A program made the position numbers and the translations under genes. Below the pieces are notes generated by a model. It was not told the DNA's origin, ran no database searches, and saw only the letters and a list, made by a program, of their open reading frames with translations. Shown in pieces: positions 38,167-53,411 of a DNA stretch of 64,000 nt. Numbering within the stretch: the stretch's first letter is position 1; each line of letters opens with the position of its first letter. The DNA is from Acidimicrobiales bacterium (GTDB lineage: Bacteria > Actinomycetota > Acidimicrobiia > Acidimicrobiales > Bog-793), in assembly GCA_035294085.1 (NCBI GenBank), contig DATGLP010000002.1, positions 30,061 through 94,060 on the forward strand, written 5' to 3'.

Positions 38167-38536
38167 GGCGGTCCGCTGCGCCGCCGTCGCGGCGGCGCTG
38201 CCGGCGCTGCTCGACCGGCGCGGCGAGCCGCCGAGCGAGATCGAGGCCCACGTCGAGACGTGCCTGCGCTGCCAGGCGGAGCTCGCCCGCTACCGCCGCC
38301 TGCTCCGCCTGCTCGTGCAGCTGCGCGAGGAGACGGTCGCACCGCCCGACGGCGTCGTCGCCGAGGCGATCGAGGCGATCTGGCGCGCCGCGAGGCGCCG
38401 CGCGGTCCGCTCGGCGCTGCGCGGGCGCCGACTGGCCTACGCCTCGGGCCTCGTCGCGAGCGTGCTCGCGGCGGTGGCGCTCGTCGTGCGGGCCCGTGCC
38501 CGGCCGGCGCGGGCGACGTCGCCGGTCGGCGGCTAG
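38153..38536 (+). CDS. Zinc-binding (ZAS-type) membrane-anchored anti-sigma factor
   Basis: GTG 38153 overlaps the sigma gene 3' end by 14 nt. H-x3-C-x2-C motif (HVETCLRC). Single C-terminal TM (LAYASGLVASVLAAVALVV) with only a ~15-aa tail beyond it. Confidence 0.75.
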   Translation: MPPAEAVRCAAVAAALPALLDRRGEPPSEIEAHVETCLRCQAELARYRRLLRLLVQLREETVAPPDGVVAEAIEAIWRAARRRAVRSALRGRRLAYASGLVASVLAAVALVVRARARPARATSPVGG

Positions 38537-38632
38537 GCGCCGGCGGACCTTCGGGCAGCCGGTGCTATCGTGGGCCTGCCCCGCTCGCGGGCGAATCGGC
38601 GCGAACGACGCGGTCGGTCGTCCGCCGCGCAG

Positions 38633-38706
38633 AGGGCAGTAGCTCAAGTGGGTAGAGCACCGGTCTCCAAAACCGGCGGTTGGGGGTTCGAGTCCCTCCT
38701 GCCCTG
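38633..38706 (+). tRNA. tRNA-Trp: tRNA-Trp (anticodon CCA), CCA end not encoded
   Basis: AGGGCAG/CTGCCCT acceptor, CCGGT-CTCCAAA-ACCGG anticodon arm, GGGGG-TTCGAGT-CCCTC T-arm, discriminator G. Conserved position upstream of secE. Confidence 0.92.
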
Positions 38707-38730
38707 CTCGCCAGGAACCAGAGGACGACC

Positions 38731-39042
38731 GTGAACCGACAGACGAAGCGCCTGCTGCAGCGGCAGGGGCAGCTCGGCGCCGACGGCACCCCGGCGCCTC
38801 GCCGCCCGCCGGCCACCCTGGCGCGTCGCCCGCCGGAGGCGCGCCGCGCTAGCCTGGGGAAGCGTTTCGCCCAGTTCATGCGCGAGGTGCGGAGCGAGCT
38901 CGCGAAGGTCATCTGGCCTCGCCGAGCCGAGGTGGTGAACTACTCCACCGTCGTGCTCACGACGCTCGTGCTGCTTTCGCTCCTCATCTTCGGGCTGAAC
39001 TACCTGTTCGCCAAGGGGGTGCTGTTCCTCTACCGGAGGTAG
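38731..39042 (+). CDS. secE: Preprotein translocase subunit SecE
   Basis: GTG 38731: basic N-region, then ..FMREVRSELAKVIWPRRAEVVNYSTVVLTTLVLLSLLIFGLNYLF.. (the conserved SecE TM3 region). Track ORF start 38680 would overlap the tRNA. Confidence 0.88.
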   Translation: MNRQTKRLLQRQGQLGADGTPAPRRPPATLARRPPEARRASLGKRFAQFMREVRSELAKVIWPRRAEVVNYSTVVLTTLVLLSLLIFGLNYLFAKGVLFLYRR

Positions 39043-39126
39043 GACCTCGGCGGCACCGGTGCCCGGCGGGCGCCGGGCGGGCGAGGTGGTCAGGCGGCCG
39101 GGACGGGCCGGCACCGAGAGACGAGC

Positions 39127-39786
39127 ATGGTGATGACGACGTACACGAGCGACGACGGGGGCGAGGCGCCGGTCGAGGTGGACGACCTCGAGGGCGAGCC
39201 GCTCGAGGAGGACGAGGCTCCGGCGCGTCCGCCGAGCCCCTACGACCGGCCGGGCCGCTGGTACGTCGTGCACACCTACGCCGGCTACGAGAACAAGGTG
39301 AAGTCCAACCTCGAGAGCCGCATCTCCTCCATGAACATGGAGGACCGCATCTACGAGGTCGTCATCCCGATGGAGGACGCCGTCGAGTTCAAGAACGGCA
39401 AGAAGGTCACCGTCCAGCGCAAGGTGTTCCCCGGCTACCTGCTGTGCCGCTGCGAGCTCGACGACGACTCGTGGTCGGTCATCCGCCAGACGCCGGGCGT
39501 GACCGGCTTCGTCGGTCCCGGCACGAAGCCGACGCCGCTGTCGCGAGCCGAGGTGGAGAGCATCCTGCAGGTGCGCGAGGAGGGGGCCGAGGGTCCCAAG
39601 CAGCGCCGCCCGCGCCTCGAGCACGAGGTCGGCGAGACGGTGCGCGTGCGCGAGGGCCCCTTCGCCGACTTCACCGGGCAGGTAGCCGAGATCAACGAGG
39701 ACCAGCTCAAGCTGAAGGTCCTCGTCAACATCTTCGGACGAGAGACGCCGGTCGAGCTGGACTTCAGCCAGGTCGCGAAGCTCTAG
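39127..39786 (+). CDS. nusG: Transcription termination/antitermination factor NusG
   Basis: Acidic N-extension, then ..[20 protein letters not shown].. (NGN), ..[30 protein letters not shown].., KOW: ..[22 protein letters not shown].. Confidence 0.95.
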   Translation: MVMTTYTSDDGGEAPVEVDDLEGEPLEEDEAPARPPSPYDRPGRWYVVHTYAGYENKVKSNLESRISSMNMEDRIYEVVIPMEDAVEFKNGKKVTVQRKVFPGYLLCRCELDDDSWSVIRQTPGVTGFVGPGTKPTPLSRAEVESILQVREEGAEGPKQRRPRLEHEVGETVRVREGPFADFTGQVAEINEDQLKLKVLVNIFGRETPVELDFSQVAKL

Positions 39787-39817
39787 GCGCGTCGGCAAGG
39801 ATCAGGAGAGGGCTCGC

Positions 39818-40246
39818 ATGGCACGCAGGCGCGTCACCGCCGTCGTCAAGATCCAGCTCCCCGCCGGCCAGGCGACGCCGGCGCCGCCGGTCGGCACGGC
39901 GCTCGGCCCGCACGGCGTGCAGACGATGGAGTTCTGCAAGCAGTACAACGCCGCGACCGAGAGCCAGCGCGGGACGATCATCCCTGTCGAGATCACGATC
40001 TACGAGGACCGCTCCTTCACCTTCGTCCTGAAGACGCCCCCGACGACCGTGCTCTTGCGGGAGGCCGCCGGGCTCGACAAGGGGAGCAAGGCTCCCGGCC
40101 GGGAGCAGAGCGGGACGGTGACCGAGGAGCAGCTCGAGGCGATCGCGCGCACGAAGCAGCCCGACCTCAACGCCAACGACCTCGAGTCGGCCAAGCGCCA
40201 GGTGGAGGGGACGGCGCGCTCGATGGGCATCACCGTGGCCCGCTGA
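39818..40246 (+). CDS. rplK: 50S ribosomal protein L11
   Basis: ..[35 protein letters not shown].. Confidence 0.97.
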   Translation: MARRRVTAVVKIQLPAGQATPAPPVGTALGPHGVQTMEFCKQYNAATESQRGTIIPVEITIYEDRSFTFVLKTPPTTVLLREAAGLDKGSKAPGREQSGTVTEEQLEAIARTKQPDLNANDLESAKRQVEGTARSMGITVAR

Positions 40247-40273
40247 GCGGGCGGGCGAGAGCGGAGGGAGCAG

Positions 40274-40999
40274 ATGGCTCGCAACGGCAAGCGGTACCTC
40301 GACGCGCTGAAGCGGCTCGACCGCAGGCAGCTGTACTCGCCCGCGGAGGCGATCGACCTCGTGAAGAGCCTGGCGAGCGCGCGCTTCGACGAGACCGTCG
40401 AGCTCGCCGTGCGCCTCGGCGTCGACCCGCGCCGCGCCGACCAGATCGTGCGCGGCTCGCTCAGCCTTCCGGCGGGGACCGGCAAGGCCGTGCGCGTCGC
40501 CGTGTTCGCCGCCGGGGAGCAGGCGGCCGAGGCGCGCGCCGCGGGGGCCGACGTCGTCGGGGCGGACGACCTCGTGGCGCGCGTCGAGAAGGAAGGCTTC
40601 CTCGACTTCGACGTCGCGATCGCGACGCCCGACCTGATGCCCCAGGTCGGTCGGCTCGGGCGGGTGCTCGGGCCGCGCGGCCTCATGCCGAACCCGAGGA
40701 CGGGCACCGTCACGGCGGACGTCGGGCGCACCGTCGCCGAGTACCGCAGCGGCAGGATCGAGTACCGCACCGACCGCGTCGGCAACGTGCACGTGCCGAT
40801 CGGCAAGGTCTCCTTCGAGCGCTCGGCGCTGCTCGCCAACTTCCGCGCCGTGATCGACGAGCTGCAGCGCGCGAAGCCGGCGGCCGCGAAGGGGCGCTAC
40901 CTGCGAGCCATCACGGTCTGCTCGACGATGGGACCCGGCGTACGCGTCGACCCGAACCGGACGCGCCTCGCCGACGAGGACCTCGCGGCGACGGCCTAG
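40274..40999 (+). CDS. rplA: 50S ribosomal protein L1
   Basis: [55 protein letters not shown].. Confidence 0.97.
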   Translation: MARNGKRYLDALKRLDRRQLYSPAEAIDLVKSLASARFDETVELAVRLGVDPRRADQIVRGSLSLPAGTGKAVRVAVFAAGEQAAEARAAGADVVGADDLVARVEKEGFLDFDVAIATPDLMPQVGRLGRVLGPRGLMPNPRTGTVTADVGRTVAEYRSGRIEYRTDRVGNVHVPIGKVSFERSALLANFRAVIDELQRAKPAAAKGRYLRAITVCSTMGPGVRVDPNRTRLADEDLAATA

Positions 41000-41172
41000 C
41001 GGCGAGCGTGTAGCCTGGGCGCGCCGCGGGTGCCCGCGGCCGCCGAAGACATCTGGTGCGCCTGGCGGCGCCGAAGGGGTGGGGCGTCCCACCCGCCCGA
41101 CGAGGCGAGCACGTGCGGTCGCGCACGTCTGCCCCTCGGCTCCGCCTGGTCGTCGCCGCTGGAGGGAGCAGC
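41000..41172 (+). promoter_or_regulatory. rplJ 5' leader (candidate L10(L12)4 autoregulatory leader)
   Basis: A 173-nt untranslated gap before rplJ, unusual in this tightly packed region. Contains the hairpin GGGTGGG-GCGT-CCCACCC (41077-41094) and GGAGGGAG just before the GTG. Assignment is by position only. Confidence 0.4.
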
Positions 41173-41733
41173 GTGGCAACGAGCGTGCGGGACCCGAGGC
41201 CGTCGAAGGTCGCGGTCGTGGACGAGGTCCGCGAGCGCCTGGCGGGCTCGGGCGCGGCGATCCTCACCGAGTACCGCGGACTGCGCGTCAGCGAGCTCCA
41301 GGCGCTGCGCCGCTCGCTCGCCGCCGCGGGCGGTGAGTACAAGGTGTTCAAGAACACCTTGGTGCGGCGCGCGGCCCACGAGAGCGGGCTCGGGGCCCTC
41401 GAGGAGCTCCTCGTCGGGCCGACCGCGATCGCCTTCGTGCACGGCGACGTCGCCGCGGTGGCGAGGGTGCTGCGGGACTTCGCCCGCACGCACCCGAGCC
41501 TCGTCGTGAAGGGCGGCCTCGTCGGTACGAGCGTCATCGACGAGCGGGCGGCCGCCGCGCTCGCCGACCTCCCGACGCGCGAGCAGCTGCTCGCCCTCGT
41601 GGCCGGCGCGCTCGCCGCCCCGCTCCAGCGGTTCGCGGCGCTGCTCAAGGCGCTGCCGCAGAACTTCGCGTACGGGCTCGCGGCGCTCGTCGAAGCCCGC
41701 GGCGCGCCGGCCGAGCGCGCCGAGGGCGCCTGA
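41173..41733 (+). CDS. rplJ: 50S ribosomal protein L10
   Basis: GTG 41173 after GGAGGGAG: VATSVRDPRPSKVAVVDEVRERLAGSGAAILTEYRGLRVSELQALRRSL..YKVFKNTL.. Confidence 0.93.
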   Translation: MATSVRDPRPSKVAVVDEVRERLAGSGAAILTEYRGLRVSELQALRRSLAAAGGEYKVFKNTLVRRAAHESGLGALEELLVGPTAIAFVHGDVAAVARVLRDFARTHPSLVVKGGLVGTSVIDERAAAALADLPTREQLLALVAGALAAPLQRFAALLKALPQNFAYGLAALVEARGAPAERAEGA

Positions 41734-41781
41734 GCGCGCGGGCCTCGACAGGCCGGACCGAGAAGGAGGAGGGAGACCCAC

Positions 41782-42165
41782 ATGGTGACCAAGCAGGAGA
41801 TCCTCGACGGGATCGCGAGCATGACCGTGCTCGAGCTCTCCGAGCTGCTCAAGGAGTTCGAGGAGCGCTTCGGCGTGACGGCCGCCGCCCCGGTCGCCGT
41901 CGCTGCGCCGGCCCCGGCCGGCGCGAGCGCGCCCGAGCCGGTCGTCGAGGAGCAGGAGGAGTTCGACGTCGTCCTCGCCTCGGCGGGCGACAAGAAGATC
42001 CAGGTGATCAAGGAGGTCCGGGCGCTCACGAGCCTCGGGCTCAAGGAGGCGAAGGACCTCGTCGACTCGGCACCCAAGCCGGTGCTCGAGAAGGTGTCGA
42101 AGGAGGACGCGGAGAAGGCGAAGGCCCAGCTCGAGGCCGCGGGCGCGACCGTCGAGCTGCGCTAG
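41782..42165 (+). CDS. rplL: 50S ribosomal protein L7/L12
   Basis: ..[26 protein letters not shown].., ..[24 protein letters not shown].. Confidence 0.97.
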   Translation: MVTKQEILDGIASMTVLELSELLKEFEERFGVTAAAPVAVAAPAPAGASAPEPVVEEQEEFDVVLASAGDKKIQVIKEVRALTSLGLKEAKDLVDSAPKPVLEKVSKEDAEKAKAQLEAAGATVELR

Positions 42166-42170
42166 GACGG

Positions 42171-42198
42171 CGGCGCCGCCGGGAGCGGACCGGCGCCG
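42171..42198 (+). terminator. Stem-loop immediately after rplL (attenuator/terminator-like, no U-tract)
   Basis: The self-complementary octamer CGGCGCCG occurs at 42171-42178 and 42191-42198 (8-bp stem, 12-nt loop), 6 nt after the rplL stop. Confidence 0.3.
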
Positions 42199-42203
42199 CA
42201 GGC

Positions 42204-42232
42204 TTGACCCGGCGGTGCACGTCCTTTACCCT
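42204..42232 (+). promoter_or_regulatory. Candidate housekeeping-sigma promoter for rpoBC
   Basis: TTGACC (42204-42209), 17-nt spacer, TACCCT (42227-42232). About 165 nt upstream of the rpoB start. Confidence 0.45.
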
Positions 42233-42397
42233 GCGCATGGCGCGCGCGCAGCGTGCGTTGCGCCCTTCGGCGCGCGCCGGTAAGCTCTGCTCACCGTGCC
42301 CGCTCGCCACGCGACGTCTCTCTCGCCAGCGTGCTGACGCGCGCCCGGACTGCCGCAGCCCCTGCCGTCTCGACCTGTGTCTGCGAGGAGTAGGCCC

Positions 42398-49946
<7,549 letters not shown>

Positions 49947-49950
<4 letters not shown>

Positions 49951-51446
49951 AGCTCGAGCGCAGCGGGCGCGCCGGCAGGCCGGCGCGCCCCGCGCTCGAG
50001 CGCGGTGAGCACCGCCGCCGCGGCGGCGACGGCGGCGAGGAAGAAGGCGGCGGCGCTGAAGCCGCTCGGGACGTGCGCCGTCCCCGTCGCACCCGCCAGC
50101 GTGTACACGAGGCCCGTGAGGGCGAGGCCGAGCGCGGTGCCGGTCCCGCGCGACATGTTGAGGACCCCGCTCGCCACGCCTGCCTGCACCTTGGGCGCCG
50201 AGGCCATGACGGAGGCCGAGTTCGGCGCGATGAACAGGCCAGCGCCCACCCCGAGGAGGGCGAGGGCGGCGACGAGGGGCCCGGTGGCCGGGCGCGTGAG
50301 GCCGACGACGGCGAGCACGGCGGCTGAGATCGCCATGCCGCTCACGGTGAGCGGTCGAGGTCCGACGCGGTCCGCGAGACGGCCGGCGAACGGCGCCGTC
50401 AGCCCGAGCGCGAGGGGCAGCGCGGCGAGCTCGAGGCCGGTACCGGCAGGGGACAGGTGCCGGCCGTGCTCGAGGAAGAAGGGGATGACGAAGAGCACGC
50501 CGAAGAGGACGACGAAGGCGAGCACGCCGCCGGCGATGCCGATGCTGAATGCAGGCCGCTCGAAGAGCGTGAGGTCGAGGAGCGGGTCGCGCGCGCTCCG
50601 CTCCCGGCGGACGAAGGCGATCGCGGCCGCCACCGCCGTGACGAGGAGCACGAGGATTGCCGGCGAGGCCCAGCCCCACTCGTCGCCGTAGGAGACGGCG
50701 AGGAGCAGCGCGGCGGTCGCCGGCACGAAGAGCACGAGGCCGAGCCAGTCGAACCGGGCGCTGGCCTGGAGGTGGCGGCTGCGCGGCAGGAGGAAGCGGG
50801 AGGCGACGATCGCCACGATGCCGACCGGCACGTTGACGGAGAAGATGAGCCGCCACCCCCCGGCGGCGAGGAGCGCGCCCCCGACCGCCGGACCGAGAGC
50901 AAGGCCGAGCGCCTGCGCGGCGCCCTGCACGCCGATGCCTCGGCCGAGCGACTCCTTGGGGAGCGCGAGGTAGATGATGGCGACGCTGTTCGCCTGCAGC
51001 ATCGCGGCGCCGAGCGCCTGGAGGACGCGGAAGAGGTCGAGGCTGAGCAGGCTCGGCGCGAGGGCGCACAGCCCCGAGCCGAGCGTGAAGACGACGAAGC
51101 CGTAGCTGTAGAGGAGCTTGCGTCCGACCGTGTCGGCGACGCGCCCGACGGCCGTGACCATCGTCACGAGCACGAGGAGGTAGCTGAGGCCGACCCAGGT
51201 GACGGCGCCGACGCTCGCGTCGAAGGCGCGCTGGAGGCTCGGTAGGGCGACGGTCACGATGCTCGCGTCGAGCTGGCCCATGAAGGCGCCGATGCAGACC
51301 GTCCCGAGGGCGAACAGGTGGGCCTTGGGGTGCCGCCGGAGCCACTCGGGGCGTCCGGGTTCGCGCAGCAGGGCCGACAGCCCGCGCGCGCGACGCGCCG
51401 ACACCTCGCCTGGCGGTTCGTCCTCCACCTCGAGGTGCTCCAGCAC
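49947..51446 (-). CDS. MFS transporter, DHA2 (EmrB/QacA, 14-TM) family
   Basis: ..[23 protein letters not shown].., ..[12 protein letters not shown] (motif A), 14 hydrophobic segments. GGGAGGA SD upstream of GTG 51446. Its stop shares the CTAG tetranucleotide with the rpoC stop. Confidence 0.85.
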
Positions 51447-51502
51447 GCCCCATCCTCCCTCCCCGAAATGGAGAAGTCAAAGAGGTAGGATTGCACACGT
51501 AG

Positions 51503-51518
51503 ATAAGCGATCACTTAT
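51503..51518. promoter_or_regulatory. LysR-box-like dyad ATAAG-N6-CTTAT in the MFS/LysR divergent region
   Basis: ATAAGCGATCACTTAT. The right arm overlaps the LysR ATG (51517). It lies in the only clearly AT-enriched stretch of the 70-nt intergenic region. The geometry is T-N12-A rather than the canonical T-N11-A. Confidence 0.35.
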
Positions 51519-52437
51519 GGACATCCGGCGACTCACCATCTTCCTCGCCGTGGTCGACGAGGGTGGCTTCACCGCGGCCGCCGCGGCGCTCGGGATGTCG
51601 CAGCCCGCCGTGTCCCAGGCGGTGCGCGAGCTCGAGCGCGAGCTGTCGACCGAGCTCTTCCACCGCCTCGGGCGCGGCGTCCGACTCACGCCCGCCGGGG
51701 AGGCGCTCGTCGCGCCGGCGCGGCGCGCGCTGCGCGACCTGGCGGCCGGGCGGGCAGCCGTCGACGAGGTCGTCGGCGGGCGCGCCGGCCGCCTCGACCT
51801 CGCCTGCCTGCCCACGCTCGCCGTCGACCCCGTCGCACCGCTCGTCGGTGCCTTCCGCCGGTCGTTCCCGGAGGTCACCGTCGTGCTCGCCGCGCCGGAG
51901 GACGCCGCGGAGCTCGCCGAGCTCGTCCGCTCGGGGCGTTGCGAGGTGGGGATCACCGAGGCCGAGGCGGCCGCCGGCCTCGTCGCCCACGGGCTCGCGG
52001 CCCAGGACTTCCTCGTGGCCGCGCCGCCCGGCGCGCCGCTCGCCTCCCCGGTCGCGCTGGCCGGGCTCGCCGGGCGCCCCCTCGTGGCCGCGCCGCCCGG
52101 CTCCTCGACGCGCCGCCTCGTCGACGAGGCCTTCGCTCGCGCGGGCGTCCGACCGTCCATCGCCGTCGAGGCGGCCCAGCGCGAGGCGCTGCTGCCGCTC
52201 ATCGCCGCGGGCGCCGGCACGGGGGTGCTGCCGCGGCCGCTCGCCGAGGTCGCCGCGCGTCTCGGCTGCGTCGTGGCGACGCCGGACCCCCCGATCGTGC
52301 GGCGCGTCGCCCTCGTGCAGCGAGACGCCCCGCTCACCCCCGCGGCCCGCCGGTTCCTGGAGCTCGCCCTCGGGCGCCTGCCCGCCTCGGCGACCGCTCG
52401 CCGGCGAGCGCAGCGGTTCGGGGAGCCGGGTCCCTAA
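51517..52437 (+). CDS. LysR-family transcriptional regulator
   Basis: MDIRRLTIFLAVVDEGGFTAAAAALGMSQPAVSQAVRELERELSTELFHRLGRGVRLTPAG.. (canonical LysR wHTH) plus a substrate-binding domain. Confidence 0.92.
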   Translation: MDIRRLTIFLAVVDEGGFTAAAAALGMSQPAVSQAVRELERELSTELFHRLGRGVRLTPAGEALVAPARRALRDLAAGRAAVDEVVGGRAGRLDLACLPTLAVDPVAPLVGAFRRSFPEVTVVLAAPEDAAELAELVRSGRCEVGITEAEAAAGLVAHGLAAQDFLVAAPPGAPLASPVALAGLAGRPLVAAPPGSSTRRLVDEAFARAGVRPSIAVEAAQREALLPLIAAGAGTGVLPRPLAEVAARLGCVVATPDPPIVRRVALVQRDAPLTPAARRFLELALGRLPASATARRRAQRFGEPGP

Positions 52438-52700
52438 CCGAGCCATAACCCTTCGCACATCGAAGGCACGTGGACTCCTCATGGCCCTCACACGCTCGCG
52501 TCCTACGGTCGCTCCTGCGAGCGCGGCCGGACGGAGGGGGTGGTGGCGAGCGGAGACGATGCCGGGACCGGCGACGCAGGCTCTGCCGGTGCGCCGGGCA
52601 CGAGACGCCACGCCGCTCGGCGTGGCCGAGGTGGCCGGGGGCGCGCGTGCGCGGCTCGGCCTGCCCCGGCACCGGCCGGGGCCAGAGGTGAACGGAGCGT

Positions 52701-53411
52701 GTGATGCAGCTGATCGGTGCGGGACTGCCGAGGACGGCGACGCTGTCGCAGAAGATCGCCCTCGAGATGCTCGGGCTCAGGCCCTGCTACCACATGGTCG
52801 ACGTGCTCGCTGACCTCGGCAGGGCGCGGCGGTGGACCGAGCTGCTCGAGGGCGGCGGAGGCTGGGACGAGGTCTTCGCCGGCTACGAGGCGACGGTCGA
52901 CTGGCCGGGCGCCTTCTTCTACCGAGAGCTCATCGAGGTCTACCCGGACGCGAAGGTGCTCCTCAGCGTGCGCGACGGCGCCGCGTGGGAGCGCAGCATG
53001 CTCGACACCATCTGGGGCGTCCTCTACGGCGACAGCCTCATGCGCGACCTCTCGTCGGCGCGCGCCCGGGTGGACGCGGCCTGGCGCGACTACCTCGAGC
53101 TCATGGAGCGGATGTGGCAGAAGAGCGGGCTGCTCGGCTGCGAGGACGGTAGCGGCACCGGCTCGATGGCACGCGCCATGGAGCGCTACAACGCCGAGGT
53201 GCGCGCGAGCGTCCCGGCGGACCGGCTCCTCGTGTGGTCGGTGGCCGACGGCTGGGCCCCGCTTTGCGAGTTCCTCGAGGTCCCCGTGCCCGACTCCCCC
53301 TTCCCCCGGGTGAACGACAGCGCGGCCTTCGCCGACCGGATCATCGACTCGTCCCTCGCGCTCCTCTGCGACTGGCGACTCCCCGACGGGCGGGCCGCCG
53401 CTACGGCGTGA
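52701..53411 (+). CDS. Cytoplasmic sulfotransferase-family protein (Sulfotransfer_4-like)
   Basis: N-terminal ..IGAGLPRTATLS.. (5'-PSB P-loop-like motif G-x-P-R-T-G/A-T), ..VLLSVRD.., ..ERYNAEVRASVPADRLLVW.., ..PFPRVND... No signal peptide or TM. GGAG lies 6 nt before ATG 52704 (GTG 52701 is the alternative). Confidence 0.7.
   Translation: MMQLIGAGLPRTATLSQKIALEMLGLRPCYHMVDVLADLGRARRWTELLEGGGGWDEVFAGYEATVDWPGAFFYRELIEVYPDAKVLLSVRDGAAWERSMLDTIWGVLYGDSLMRDLSSARARVDAAWRDYLELMERMWQKSGLLGCEDGSGTGSMARAMERYNAEVRASVPADRLLVWSVADGWAPLCEFLEVPVPDSPFPRVNDSAAFADRIIDSSLALLCDWRLPDGRAAATA

Noticed and set aside
52470-52691. Small ORFs in the 263-nt LysR-sulfotransferase spacer (track ORF 52470..52691, and an ATG-initiated frame from ~52482 running into the sulfotransferase gene).
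   Set aside because: - The peptides are Arg/Gly-rich and low-complexity.
- One frame would overlap the sulfotransferase gene out of frame for >100 nt.
- No SD is present, so this is more likely untranslated leader or promoter DNA.
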